Source: Candidatus Binatia bacterium (lineage in GTDB: Bacteria > Desulfobacterota > Binatia > UBA1149 > JAJCZL01). Taken from it: a stretch of 64,000 bases of DNA. Below the pieces are notes generated by a model, which searched no databases, was not told where the DNA came from, and saw nothing but the letters and a program-made list of their open reading frames with translations. Below are positions 1 through 10,253 of the stretch, piece after piece. Where the stretch lies: positions 8,533 to 72,532 of the forward strand of contig JANQEO010000157.1 in assembly GCA_028278325.1 (NCBI GenBank). Direction: 5' to 3'. Position numbers and translations under genes: made by a program. The number at the start of each line of letters is the position of its first letter. The first letter of the stretch is position 1.

Positions 1-133
1 TCACCACCGCCCTCCCGCGGCCGCAGGCGTTCAGGATGATGGCCCTGTGAGCGATGGACTTGTCGCCCGGAACCCGGAGCTTGCCCTTCAAGGGCCCGGG
101 CGCGGGTCCCACCGCGACACGTTCAGCCGTCAC
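1..133 (-). CDS. aroA: 3-phosphoshikimate 1-carboxyvinyltransferase, N-terminal fragment (runs off window)
   Basis: Manual translation from GTG at 133: MTAERVAVGPAPGPLKGKLRVPGDKSIAHRAIIL; PGDKSxxHR motif of EPSP synthase; GTGA overlap with tyrA stop. Confidence 0.9.
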   Translation of the reverse strand, partial: MTAERVAVGPAPGPLKGKLRVPGDKSIAHRAIILNACGRGRAVV

Positions 134-990
134 TTGCCGATCGACTCCCGCATCGAACAGCCGGCCGTCAGAATCGATTCCACGGCGGCTGCGTCACCCG
201 CTTCGATGGCCGCACGAAGACGTTCCCATCCGGCCGTGAACGCATCCATGGCCTCGACGATGGCCTCCGAGTTCAAATCGACGATCGATGCCCACATCGC
301 CACGTCGCTGGCGGCGAGCCTGGAAGTATCCCTGAACCCTCCCGCGATCAGCTCCTCGAGGTGTCCACGATCATCGCAACGCGTGGCGGTCTCGGCCAGG
401 CAAGTCGCGAGTAGTTGAGGAAGATGACTGGTCACGGCAACGGTGGCGTCGTGCTCGCGGGACCCCATCGTAACGACGCGTGAGCCGAGCGCTTGCCACA
501 GCCGCTCGACGACCTCTATGCCTGCCGCATCGGTCTCGGGAGTAGGAGTCACCACGGCCACCCTTCCGCGGAACAGATCCGGATCTGCATGAACCGCCCC
601 GCTGTCGGTCCCACCCGCCATGGGATGTGCGCCGACGAAGCGTGCAGCTGCGCCTGCGGCCACCGCCGCCTCACATATCGGCGTCTTGACGCTACCTACA
701 TCGGTTAGAAGACAGCTCTCGCCCGTGGCCTCCACCACCTCAGGCAGCAACGCGACAGCGGTATCCACGGGCACGGCCAGCACTACCAGATCCGCCCCAT
801 CCAGAGCTTCGTCGAGCCGAGTCGTGACTACGTCGACGTGGCCGGCCGACAGCGCCGCCTGAAGGTTGGCCTCGCTACGTCCCACGCCGCTCACACGAGC
901 GAACACGCCCGCTTGCTTGGCTGCCGATGCCAGCGACGCGCCTATAAGGCCCGTTCCGACCACTACGGCCTTTTCCGCCAGCACTTTCAT
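130..990 (-). CDS. tyrA: Prephenate/arogenate dehydrogenase
   Basis: VVGTGLIGAS Rossmann motif, DVGSVK, HPMAG, SHLPQ, GFRDTSRLA; ATG at 990 overlaps hisC stop (ATGA). Confidence 0.93.
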   Translation of the reverse strand: MKVLAEKAVVVGTGLIGASLASAAKQAGVFARVSGVGRSEANLQAALSAGHVDVVTTRLDEALDGADLVVLAVPVDTAVALLPEVVEATGESCLLTDVGSVKTPICEAAVAAGAAARFVGAHPMAGGTDSGAVHADPDLFRGRVAVVTPTPETDAAGIEVVERLWQALGSRVVTMGSREHDATVAVTSHLPQLLATCLAETATRCDDRGHLEELIAGGFRDTSRLAASDVAMWASIVDLNSEAIVEAMDAFTAGWERLRAAIEAGDAAAVESILTAGCSMRESIGK

Positions 991-2084
991 CTTTCGCCCA
1001 TCACTGCCGAGAGCGCGTCTACGAAGCGCTCGTTCTCCTCCGGGGTTCCGAAGGTGACGCGGATCATGGATGGGAAACCGTAGGCGCCCATGGGACGCAC
1101 GATAACGCCCCTTCGCATCAAAGCATCGGTTACCGCCGCACCGTCGCCCACTTCGACGAGCATGAAGTTCGCCTGGCTCGGCACGTAATCCAACCCGAGG
1201 CGCTCGAAGGCTTCTGCGAAACACCTCCGGCCCTCGCGAGCGAGAGCGCGGCCGGCCTCCAGATAGTCTTCATCGTCCAGAGCGGCAATAGCCGCGACCT
1301 GTGCCAGCAGGTTCACGTTGAACGGCTGACGAAGCCGCGACATCGCTTCCATGATCTCCACCGAGCCCACTCCATAGCCCAGTCTCAGACCGGCCAATCC
1401 GTATACCTTCGAGAAGGTGCGGAGCACGACGAGGCCGGGATGCCGGTCGATGTAGTCCAGCGCGTCGGGATACTCGGGGTGCTCGACGTATTCACAGTAG
1501 GCCTCGTCCACTACGACGACCACGTCGTGAGGCACACGGGCGAGAAATGCTTCCCAGGCATCTCGCTCGAAAATCGTACCGGTGGGGTTGTTAGGGTTCG
1601 CCAAGAATACCAAGCGCGTCTTTTCACCTACGGCGTCACCCATAGCGGCGACGTCGTGGCGAAACTCCCGCGCCTTGACCCTGACCGGCGTCGCGCCCGC
1701 CGCCTGGCTGACCAAGCTGTAGATCAGGAAGGCGTCCTCCGACATCACGACTTCCGAACCTTCCTCCGCGAACATTCGCACCAGCAACTCGATTAGCTCG
1801 TTGGAGCCGTTGCCGAAGACGATGCGGCGCCCGTCCACGCTCAGGCGGGCGGCAAGACGTGAGGTCAACTCGAAAGCGCCGCCGTCGGGGTAACGATGCA
1901 CTCCTTCAGCGGCCTCGCGCAGTGCCGAGATCACGGCGGCCGAAGGCCCCAGCGCGTTTTCGTTGGAGGCCAACTTGATCGAATCGCCCAGCCCCAGCTC
2001 GCGCTCGACCTCTTCGATCGGCTTGCCCGGCTTGTAGGGCTGCAGATCAAGGATTCTCTGTGGGATGACGGGCTTCACGACCAT
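987..2084 (-). CDS. hisC: Histidinol-phosphate aminotransferase
   Basis: YKPGKP, KLASNEN, NPNNPTG, DEAY, RTFSKVYGLAGLRLG (PLP Lys). Confidence 0.93.
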   Translation of the reverse strand: MVVKPVIPQRILDLQPYKPGKPIEEVERELGLGDSIKLASNENALGPSAAVISALREAAEGVHRYPDGGAFELTSRLAARLSVDGRRIVFGNGSNELIELLVRMFAEEGSEVVMSEDAFLIYSLVSQAAGATPVRVKAREFRHDVAAMGDAVGEKTRLVFLANPNNPTGTIFERDAWEAFLARVPHDVVVVVDEAYCEYVEHPEYPDALDYIDRHPGLVVLRTFSKVYGLAGLRLGYGVGSVEIMEAMSRLRQPFNVNLLAQVAAIAALDDEDYLEAGRALAREGRRCFAEAFERLGLDYVPSQANFMLVEVGDGAAVTDALMRRGVIVRPMGAYGFPSMIRVTFGTPEENERFVDALSAVMGER

Positions 2085-2135
2085 ACAATCTAACCCGTTG
2101 ACGCCGAGACCGCACACCGCACGCGGCACGCGGAG

Positions 2136-3236
2136 TCAGCCGGCGATGGGATAGGAACCCAGGACCTTGGTCGCCACCGCGATCTTGTTGACTGCGGCTA
2201 TAGCCTTGGACACGCCCGTGTCGTCTACGTGGCCTCCGACGTCGACGAAGAAGCTGTACTCCCATGGACGTCCCAACAACGGACGCGATTCGATCATCGA
2301 CAGATTGACGCCGTTGGCGGCGAAGGGCCGGAGTATCTTCTCCAACACGCCCACCTCGTCACGAACCGAGATCACGAGTGACGTGCGGTCGTTCCCACTA
2401 GGACGGCTCTCGACCGGCGAGCCGATCACGAGGAAGCGGGTCACGTTGGCTGGATTATCCTGGATGGATTCGACCACCACGGACAGTCCGTATACTTCGG
2501 CGGCCAGTCTGCTGGCTATGGCAGCGGTGGCCGCCCTCGAGGCGGCCGACTTAGCGGCCGCGGCGGTGCTGGCGGCCGGCTGACACTCGACAGACGGGAA
2601 GTTCTCGGCGAGGAAGCGCCTGCACTGAGCCAAGGGCTGAGGGTGGGACGCGATCTTCTTTATCCGCCTTCTGTCTCTCGTTTTGGACAGAAGACAGTGG
2701 TCGACCTTGACGACGACCTCGGCGAGGACTGCGGCCGTAGTCTTGGCCAGGCCGTCGAGGGTCGGGGTAACCGCGCCTTCGATGGTGTTCTCCACGGGAA
2801 CGATCCCGTAGAGACAACGCCCGCTCTCTACCGCGGTGAACACGTCAGCGATGGTGTGCGCGGCCTCGAACGTAGCCGTGTGGCCGAACTGCTTTATCGC
2901 GGCTTCATGGGAGAACGTTCCCTCCGGACCGAGGAAGGCGACGCTGGTGGGTCGCTGGCTGGCCCGGCAGGCGGAGATGATCTCACGAAACACCGCCTCG
3001 ACCGCGGCTTCGCTGAGAGGCCCCGGGTTCTCGCTGACGATCTTCTTGATGATGCCCTGCTCACGGGCGACATCGAGGATTGCGCGAGAGCCGCGATCCT
3101 TGGCCTTGCCGATCTCGACGGCGACGGCGGCGCGCTCCGAAATCAGCCGGAGTATCTCACGGTCCAAGGCATCGATCTTCTTGCGAAGCGATGTCACCGT
3201 TCGACGTGCAGTCATTGTCGGAGGTGCCGGCGGCAT
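2136..3236 (-). CDS. pheA: Chorismate mutase/prephenate dehydratase (P-protein)
   Basis: N-terminal CM (LRKKIDALD), LGPEGTFS, PVENT, NVTRF, ACT domain IESRP; start may be slightly downstream. Confidence 0.93.
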   Translation of the reverse strand: MPPAPPTMTARRTVTSLRKKIDALDREILRLISERAAVAVEIGKAKDRGSRAILDVAREQGIIKKIVSENPGPLSEAAVEAVFREIISACRASQRPTSVAFLGPEGTFSHEAAIKQFGHTATFEAAHTIADVFTAVESGRCLYGIVPVENTIEGAVTPTLDGLAKTTAAVLAEVVVKVDHCLLSKTRDRRRIKKIASHPQPLAQCRRFLAENFPSVECQPAASTAAAAKSAASRAATAAIASRLAAEVYGLSVVVESIQDNPANVTRFLVIGSPVESRPSGNDRTSLVISVRDEVGVLEKILRPFAANGVNLSMIESRPLLGRPWEYSFFVDVGGHVDDTGVSKAIAAVNKIAVATKVLGSYPIAG

Positions 3237-3280
3237 AGTAACCTGCCGGCTTGCCGCGGCCGACGCGCGGCTGGCAACTG

Positions 3281-4243
3281 CTAACCGATGCCCTGGCCGT
3301 TTGCAACACGGTCGAGGAACCGCTGCGCGAAGCGCACGGCGCTATCGACGTCGCTGTGGTCGACCTTCTCGGTCGTTGCGCGCCCCCGCAACCAGGTCAG
3401 TTGCCGCTTGGCATACTGGCGTGTGGCTTGGGCTACGGCGGCCGCCAGTTCCGATACCGGCAGTTGCGCATCCAGGCACATGCCCGCCTCACGATAGCCT
3501 ATGGCCGAGAACGCTTTGGCGTCGGGCGGGTAGCGGCGGCGGAGCTCTGCGAGTTCGTCGAGCAAGCCGGCGGCAACTATCGCTTCGCTGCGCGCCTCGA
3601 TCCGCCGATGCAGATCCTCGCGATCCATCACGAGCTCCAAGATCAGAGCCTTGAAGCCGCCGCCCTGCCCCTGGCGATCCTGCAAGCGGCTCATCGGAAC
3701 GCCGGTTACCTCCAGTACTTCGAGAGCGCGCACCAACCTGAGGGTGTCGTTCGGGTGTATCCGCGTCGCAGACTCCGGGTCGGCGCTGCGAAGCCGTTCG
3801 TGCAGGATGCCGGGGCGTTCTCCTTCGTCACGCCGCAAGCGGTCTCTCACGCTCTCGTCTGCTCGGGGGATCGGCGCCAGACCCTCCACCAGGCTCTGGA
3901 TGTACAAGCCGGTTCCACCACAGATCAACGAGACAGCACCCTTGGACTGAACCTGCGAGATCGCCGCTCGCGCTCCATCGCGCCATTTGGCTACGTCGAA
4001 CTCGTCGGCCGGCTCTACGACGTCGATCATGTGATGGGGAATCTCGGCTCGGAGTTCGGCGGAGGGCTTGGCCGTGCCGACATCCATGAAACGGTAGACC
4101 TGACGCGAATCCGCGCTGACCACCTCCCCGCCGAGCCGGCGAGCGAGTTCAGCGGCCAACTCCGTCTTACCTGAGGCCGTAGGGCCGGCAACGGCCACGA
4201 GAGCGCCCCGCGCTTCGAGGCCGAGACTGTCGTTACTCGACAC
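3281..4243 (-). CDS. miaA: tRNA dimethylallyltransferase
   Basis: GPTASGKT, DSRQVY, GTAKP, GGTGLY, YAKRQLTW; follows mutL; GTG start at 4243 inferred. Confidence 0.94.
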   Translation of the reverse strand: MSSNDSLGLEARGALVAVAGPTASGKTELAAELARRLGGEVVSADSRQVYRFMDVGTAKPSAELRAEIPHHMIDVVEPADEFDVAKWRDGARAAISQVQSKGAVSLICGGTGLYIQSLVEGLAPIPRADESVRDRLRRDEGERPGILHERLRSADPESATRIHPNDTLRLVRALEVLEVTGVPMSRLQDRQGQGGGFKALILELVMDREDLHRRIEARSEAIVAAGLLDELAELRRRYPPDAKAFSAIGYREAGMCLDAQLPVSELAAAVAQATRQYAKRQLTWLRGRATTEKVDHSDVDSAVRFAQRFLDRVANGQGIG

Positions 4244-4251
4244 TTCAGTAA

Positions 4252-6078
4252 CTAGCGGCCGAACATGCGCTCTATCTGACTTCGGGTCAGCACTCTGGCC
4301 ACGGGGCGACCGTGCGGGCAGCTGGCTGCGAACTCGACGCTCGCTACCTGCTCGAGAAGGGAGCGGGCGGCCGTCACATCGAGTTGCTGGCCTACTCGCA
4401 CGGCTGCATGGCATGCGGTGGTTGCCAGCACGGCGTCTCGCAACCTCTCCGTCACTGTCGCAGTTCCGTAGTCGAGAAGCTCTTGGAAAAGAGCTTCCAC
4501 CAACTGCCTGGGATCAGCCTTGGCTGCGACGGCGGGCACCGCTCTCACCAAGACATCACCATCGCCGAAGGATTCGATGTCCCAGCCCAAGGAGCCGAGG
4601 AATTCACGCCATTTCGCCAGAGCTTCGACGCCGCCCCTACCCACATCTACCGCTTCGGGCATCAGCAGCTGCTGGCCCGGCATTTCACCTTCGCTCGCGC
4701 GTTTCTTGAGTTGCTCGAAGATCAGTCGTTCGTGCGCGGCATGCTGATCCACCAGTACCAGCTCGCCGTCGGCCTGACAGACGATGTAGCCGCGAAAGAC
4801 CTGACCGATTACTTCGACACGCCCGAGCCGCCCCTGCGCGGAGCCAACCCCCAGGTCGAGGCCCTGCTGTTCTTCGGGCACACTCGAGGATTCCTCCTTC
4901 GCGGCGGCAGGCGGACTATAACCTGGAAGACGGGCGGCATCCCGCGAGTCAGTCCCGGCCTGAGTCGACTCGACGGGACGGGATTCGGGAACCGCGCCGG
5001 GCCTTCCGCGCCGGCTTAACCCCTCGCGCACACGCAGTTCGGCGGAGTCGATACCCCAGCGGCCGACCGGCGTCGATCCTTTCTGTAAACAGCTACTTAC
5101 GCTCTCAATTATGAAGTTGTGTACTAGTTCCGGGTCCGAGAACCTCACCTCGTGCTTGGCGGGGTGAACGTTGACGTCTACGAGATGCGGCTCGATCTCC
5201 AGGTAAAGGCTGACCGCAGGATACCTCCCCTTCAGGAGGTAGGTCCTGTAGCCCTGCATCACGGACCTGAACACGGCACGATCTCTCACCCACCGGCCGT
5301 TGATGAACGTCGACATGTGCCGCGACGATCCGAAGGAGCGCCCGGCTCTACTCAAGAACCCCCGCATCGATAGCCCGCGGTGCCGGCAGTCCACGGGCAT
5401 CATGTCACCGGACACCTCTGCGCCGAGCACCTGGCTGAGCCTCGCCCTGTCGGTGTCCACCCCGGGCGTGGTCAGTACGGCTGAACCGTTGTGCCTGAGT
5501 TCGAATCCGATGCCCGGATAGCCCAGCGCGAACCGCTTGACGGTATCGAGGAGCGCGCCGAACTCGGTGGCCGGCGTTTTCAGGAACTTCTTTCGCGCCG
5601 GCACCTTCGCAAACAAATCCTTCACGTCGACTCGGGTCCCGCGTGAATGTCCGCTCTCTCGGATGTCGATGATGCTGCCGGAGCGAACGCTCACGGTCAC
5701 GGCCGACTCGGACGTGCGCGTGCGGGTCACGAGTTCCAGATCGGAAACGGCGGCGATGCTGGCCAGGGCCTCGCCACGGAACCCGAGAGTCGAGACCACC
5801 GAAAGGTCCTCGACACCCCGGATCTTGCTCGTCGCGTGACGGGTGAGCGCCAACTTGACCTGATCGCCGTGTATTCCGGAACCGTTGTCGCTGACGACTA
5901 TGCGTGATGAGCCTTTGTCGTCGTAGTCGACGGAGATCTGAGTCGCACCGGCGTCGATGGCATTTTCGATCAGCTCCTTCGCCACCGACGCTGGCCGTTC
6001 GACCACCTCGCCTGCCGCAATCCTCGAAACTACGTGATCGGGCAGCTTCCTGATTGCCTCAGTCGATGACGAGTTCAT
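4252..6078 (-). CDS. mutL: DNA mismatch repair endonuclease MutL
   Basis: AAGEVVERPAS, GFRGEAL, DQHAAHER endonuclease motif, ACH, CPHGRP. Confidence 0.96.
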   Translation of the reverse strand: MNSSSTEAIRKLPDHVVSRIAAGEVVERPASVAKELIENAIDAGATQISVDYDDKGSSRIVVSDNGSGIHGDQVKLALTRHATSKIRGVEDLSVVSTLGFRGEALASIAAVSDLELVTRTRTSESAVTVSVRSGSIIDIRESGHSRGTRVDVKDLFAKVPARKKFLKTPATEFGALLDTVKRFALGYPGIGFELRHNGSAVLTTPGVDTDRARLSQVLGAEVSGDMMPVDCRHRGLSMRGFLSRAGRSFGSSRHMSTFINGRWVRDRAVFRSVMQGYRTYLLKGRYPAVSLYLEIEPHLVDVNVHPAKHEVRFSDPELVHNFIIESVSSCLQKGSTPVGRWGIDSAELRVREGLSRRGRPGAVPESRPVESTQAGTDSRDAARLPGYSPPAAAKEESSSVPEEQQGLDLGVGSAQGRLGRVEVIGQVFRGYIVCQADGELVLVDQHAAHERLIFEQLKKRASEGEMPGQQLLMPEAVDVGRGGVEALAKWREFLGSLGWDIESFGDGDVLVRAVPAVAAKADPRQLVEALFQELLDYGTATVTERLRDAVLATTACHAAVRVGQQLDVTAARSLLEQVASVEFAASCPHGRPVARVLTRSQIERMFGR

Positions 6079-7447
6079 CTTTCTTGAGGGCCAGGCGATC
6101 TTTGACCGCAGCCGCTTCATCTTCGTAGCCGCCGCGGCCGGCCAGTGCGTAGGTCATCAACTTGCCGGCTTCCACTCCCGGCTGATCGAGGGGATCGACA
6201 CCGAGCAGCCCGCCCATAACCAAAGTCTGGCACTCCAGGGTATGGAAGAGTTGTCCCACCGCCGAAGCATCAAGAGAGTCGACCACGTAGGTGCTCGTCA
6301 AACGACCGGCTCGACCCAGCGCCAGTTCGGTGGCTGTCTGCTCCATGTTGAGCAGATCACCGAAGGTATGCCCCGATAGGTAGGCGATGCCCTCTATGTC
6401 GTCGTACCCGGATGGAATCTGGAGATCCACGGCCGGCTCTTGAACGCGGATGAAGCTGACCACCTTGTCGTGCGGACCTTCGACGTAAAGCTGAACTTGG
6501 GAGTGCTGATCGGTCGCCCCTAGTGCCCGAACGGGAGTCTGACCGGTTTCGACGACGTCGCCCTGCAAGGAAAGACGCTTCCCCAGGCTCTCGGCCCAGA
6601 GCTGAGCGTACCATTCGGCAAGGCTCAGCAGTCCGTCGGCGTAGGGCATGAGGACGTGTATCCCGGCCCCGCGCTCCTCGAGCGCAATGTGCAGCAATGC
6701 GGCGTGCAGGGCCGCCGGATTGTGCCAGATGTCGGTTCTGCGGCAACGCTCGTCGGCTTCGCGCGCCCCTTGGCAGAGGGCGGCTATGTCGACCCCCGCG
6801 GCGGCGATGGGCAACAACCCCACCGCCGACAGCACCGAGAACCGTCCCCCTACTCCCGCAGGAACGGGGAAGGTGCGGAAGCCCTCCTCCTGGGCTATCT
6901 GACGCAACAGCCCGGACTCTGCGTCGGTGGTGAAGATGATGTTGTCGCGGTAGCGCTTGGCGCCCAGCTCGCGCAAGAGCCGGTCGCGCACCAGAAGGAA
7001 CTGCGACATCGTCTCGGCGGTCTGGCCGGACTTGGAGATCACGTTAAAGACCGTGGTCTTCAGGTCGAGGCGGTCGAGGAGATCCGCGATCGTGGTGGGG
7101 TCGACGTTGTCGAGCACCTCTACATTGAGGGCGTCGGCAGCGCACTGGGACTTGTGGACGGCTTCGACCGCCGCCCTCGTTCCCAGCGCCGAGCCACCGA
7201 TACCGAGCACGACGAGAGACTCGAAACGCTCACGCAGCCCGGCGGCCGCGTCCGACGCTGCTGCAACCGCATTTGCATCATAGGGAAGCTCGTAGAAAGG
7301 CAGCTCGCCGTTGCCCCGTTTGGCCTCGAGGTTGCGCAACACCTCCGCCACGCGCGGCGCGAGGTTCTCCACCTCCTGTCGGCGGATCCCGGCCTCCCCC
7401 GCGACATGGTCGAAGAACCCGTTCACGTCGAGTGACACGACCGACAT
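6059..7447 (-). CDS. pgi: Glucose-6-phosphate isomerase
   Basis: GIGGSALG, SKSG, GGRFSV, QLWAESLGK, DQPGVEAGK. Confidence 0.95.
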   Translation of the reverse strand: MSVVSLDVNGFFDHVAGEAGIRRQEVENLAPRVAEVLRNLEAKRGNGELPFYELPYDANAVAAASDAAAGLRERFESLVVLGIGGSALGTRAAVEAVHKSQCAADALNVEVLDNVDPTTIADLLDRLDLKTTVFNVISKSGQTAETMSQFLLVRDRLLRELGAKRYRDNIIFTTDAESGLLRQIAQEEGFRTFPVPAGVGGRFSVLSAVGLLPIAAAGVDIAALCQGAREADERCRRTDIWHNPAALHAALLHIALEERGAGIHVLMPYADGLLSLAEWYAQLWAESLGKRLSLQGDVVETGQTPVRALGATDQHSQVQLYVEGPHDKVVSFIRVQEPAVDLQIPSGYDDIEGIAYLSGHTFGDLLNMEQTATELALGRAGRLTSTYVVDSLDASAVGQLFHTLECQTLVMGGLLGVDPLDQPGVEAGKLMTYALAGRGGYEDEAAAVKDRLALKKDELVID

Positions 7448-7565
7448 GGATTACTTACACATCAAGCCAACGGCGCGAGCAAGCCTCGGAGTGCGCCAGG
7501 ACCGGCCTCGAAGCACTCAGCCAGACGCGTTAGCTAGACAGGCTCTATCGACGGAGGAACATTCA

Positions 7566-7708
7566 GTGGCAGGGGTATGTGATATTCGCGGGAAACGGCG
7601 CGGCGTCGGCAATAACGTCTCGCACGCGAACAGCCAGAGCAGCCGTACCTTGCCACTACGGTCTGCACCCGCTGTATCCGTTCGGGCAAGGTAATCAAGG
7701 CCGCCTGA
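7566..7708 (+). pseudogene. rpmB: 50S ribosomal protein L28, apparently frameshifted and internally deleted
   Basis: GGAGGA at 7553-7558, GTG 7566: MAGVCDIRGKRRGVGNNVSHAN..., stop 7694; L28 C-terminus VCTRCIRSGKVIKAA* lies in another frame ending 7708; total 143 nt. Confidence 0.75.
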
Positions 7709-7716
7709 CAGCGGCC

Positions 7717-8115
7717 TCACTCACCGGCTTCGGCCATCACCTCGACTTCCAGCTGGGCCCCCTTGGGAAGCTCGGCTACACCGACAACCGCCCGCGCCGG
7801 ATAAGGCTCCTCGAAGACCTCGGCATAGATCTCATTGAGAGCCGGAAACTCGGCCATGTCGGTGAGGTAGATCCTCACGCTCACGACATCGCTGAAGTGC
7901 AGGCCGGCAGCCGCCAGCACCGCTTCCAGGTTCGAGAACACCCGCTGGGTCTGGGCCCGGAAATCGCCGGCGACCAACTCGCCGGTGGCTGGATCGAGGG
8001 GGATCTGGCCGGAGCAAAACAGGCGGCCTCCCACCATCAGGGCTTGGGAGTACGGACCTATCGCCTCCGGCGCTCGCTGGGTGGCTATGGCCCTGCGGCC
8101 GGTGCCGCGGCTCAC
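7717..8115 (-). CDS. ridA: RidA/YjgF family reactive intermediate deaminase
   Basis: APEAIGPYSQA, SGQIP, YPARAVVGV, VEVE. Confidence 0.92.
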   Translation of the reverse strand: MSRGTGRRAIATQRAPEAIGPYSQALMVGGRLFCSGQIPLDPATGELVAGDFRAQTQRVFSNLEAVLAAAGLHFSDVVSVRIYLTDMAEFPALNEIYAEVFEEPYPARAVVGVAELPKGAQLEVEVMAEAGE

Positions 8116-10253
8116 GTGCGCACCCGCCTGACTTCTCGCACACCCGGAACGCGGCGAAGATTGCGCGTCACATGAACCAACTCGTCGGCACTTTCCAGCG
8201 TGACCTCGAACACGTTGAAGGCTCCCCCGTCCGCCGTGGTGCGAACGTAAGCCTTGTCTATGTTGACGCCGGCCGACGCAATCGCCTGGCTCATTCCGGC
8301 CAGCACTCCGGGTCTGTCACGTGATCGCACCTCTATCTTTACCGGCCGCGCTGCGGTGGCGCCTTTTTCCCAAGACGCTTCGACCACTCGCTCGCGATCG
8401 ACTCCCTCGATTCTCTGGCAGTCCCTGGAATGGACCGTCACCCCCCTGCCTCTGGTCAAGAACCCGACGATGGCTTCTCCCGGCAGCGGTTGGCAGCACT
8501 TGCCGAACCGGATCACCGTCTCCTCGGCGCCCTGGACGGTCACCGCGGGTTTTCGCTGTCTCGAAATCAGGCCGAACAGCCGCTTTAGTCTCCGTGGCAC
8601 CTTGGCTTCGCGCGCGGCTTGATCGGGCAATAGGTGCACGATGACCTGCGAGGGCGTGATGCGGCCGTAACCGATGGCCTCGAGCAGGTCGTCCTCGGTC
8701 TCTTTGCGAAAGTGGCGCAGCATGGTGGCCATGCGCCCGTCTCTTCGCAGCCGGGCCATATCGAGCTGATAGCGCGCGAGGTCGCGCTCTATGATCTTGC
8801 GGCCGACCGTCATCGCCTTGGCCCTTTCGTCGTGCTTGAGCCAGACCATGATCCGCTGACGGGCTCTCGGAGTCGTGACGAACTTCAGCCACTCACGGCT
8901 CGGGGATTGCTCGTCGGTGGTGATGACCTCGATCGTGTCGCCGGCTTGGAGCTGGTAGCGAACCGGCACCAACTGTCCGTTCACCCTGGCGCCCGTGCAG
9001 TGGTCGCCGATGTCGGAGTGGATGCGGTAAGCGAAGTCGATCACCGTCGCGCCCTGGGGAAACGTTTCCGCCTCGCCCTTGGGGGTGAATACGTGGACTT
9101 CCTCGGCGAACAGGTGCTGCTTGACGGTGCTGAGAAACTCCCGAGGGTCCTCGACGTTGTGCTGCCAATCGAGAAGCTGCTCGAGCCAGGCGAACCTCTC
9201 GGCGTCACCGCCTTCCCGGTCCTCGCTCGTCTTGTAGCGCCAATGGGCGGCGATTCCGTATTCGCACGCCCTATGCATCTCGCGGGTGCGGATCTGTATC
9301 TCCATCCTCTCGCCGTAGGGCCCGATGACCGTCGTGTGAAGAGATTGATACATGTTGGCCTTCGGTAGCGCGATGTAGTCACGGAACCGTCCGGGCACCG
9401 GGCGCCAGTTCGTGTGCACGATGCCCAGCGCATCGTAGCAGTCGCGCTCACGATCCACCTGTATCCTGAATGCGACCACGTCGTAGACATCATCGGAGCG
9501 GAGCCCCTGGTCCTTCATCTTGTTGTGGATGGAGAAGGCACTCTTCGGCCGGCCGCTGACCTCGGGGTCGAGGCCGGCCTCACGCAACCGCTTGCCCAAC
9601 AAGGTCGTGATCTCGGCGATGTAGCCGTCACGCTCGAGCTTGTGCAGGGCGAGTTGCTGGCGGACTTCCTTGTATTCATCGGGCCACAGCGTGCGGAACG
9701 CGGCCTCTTCGTACTCCAGTTTCAGCCAATACACGCCGAGGCGGTGAGCCAGCGGCGCGTAGACATCCAGGGTTTCCTGGGCGATGCGCTTGCGACGATC
9801 TTCGGGAAGATGACCGAGTGTCTTTATGTTGTGGTACCGGTCCGCCAACTTGACGAGCAGCACGCGGATGTCACGCGCGCTGGCAAGGAACATCTTGCGC
9901 AGGCTCTCGGCTTCGACCGCCTCGCGGCTGTCGGCTTCGAGCTTGCTGATCTTGGTAACCCCGTCGACGAGGGCCCCGATCTCGGTGCCGAAGCGAGCGC
10001 TGATCTCTTCCGGGGTTGTAAGGGTATCTTCGACCGTGTCGTGCAGAAGCCCTGTGACGATGGTCGGGACGTCCATCTTCATGTCGGCGAGGATGTCGGC
10101 CACAGCAATCGGATGAGTGAAGTAGGCTTCGCCCGACATGCGGGTCTGCCCGCGATGCACAGCCTCGGAAAACTCGTAGGCGTTATCGATCAACTCGACG
10201 TCTGCCGCCGGATCGTACTCGCGTATCTTGGATTGGATCTCCGCGCTGGTCAC
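8112..10253 (-). CDS. spoT: Bifunctional (p)ppGpp synthetase/hydrolase Rel/SpoT
   Basis: HD domain (HP..., LHDTVED), synthetase (GRPKS, YQSLHT, EIQIRT), TGS, ZFD (CCQP..H..C), ACT. Confidence 0.95.
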   Translation of the reverse strand: MTSAEIQSKIREYDPAADVELIDNAYEFSEAVHRGQTRMSGEAYFTHPIAVADILADMKMDVPTIVTGLLHDTVEDTLTTPEEISARFGTEIGALVDGVTKISKLEADSREAVEAESLRKMFLASARDIRVLLVKLADRYHNIKTLGHLPEDRRKRIAQETLDVYAPLAHRLGVYWLKLEYEEAAFRTLWPDEYKEVRQQLALHKLERDGYIAEITTLLGKRLREAGLDPEVSGRPKSAFSIHNKMKDQGLRSDDVYDVVAFRIQVDRERDCYDALGIVHTNWRPVPGRFRDYIALPKANMYQSLHTTVIGPYGERMEIQIRTREMHRACEYGIAAHWRYKTSEDREGGDAERFAWLEQLLDWQHNVEDPREFLSTVKQHLFAEEVHVFTPKGEAETFPQGATVIDFAYRIHSDIGDHCTGARVNGQLVPVRYQLQAGDTIEVITTDEQSPSREWLKFVTTPRARQRIMVWLKHDERAKAMTVGRKIIERDLARYQLDMARLRRDGRMATMLRHFRKETEDDLLEAIGYGRITPSQVIVHLLPDQAAREAKVPRRLKRLFGLISRQRKPAVTVQGAEETVIRFGKCCQPLPGEAIVGFLTRGRGVTVHSRDCQRIEGVDRERVVEASWEKGATAARPVKIEVRSRDRPGVLAGMSQAIASAGVNIDKAYVRTTADGGAFNVFEVTLESADELVHVTRNLRRVPGVREVRRVRT

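Noticed and set aside
130-1224. Long N-terminal extension of tyrA (similar extensions on miaA, lpxB, waaA, ruvA, gspF, gspK)
   Set aside because: ORF-caller artefacts that overlap the upstream genes; homology begins at later starts
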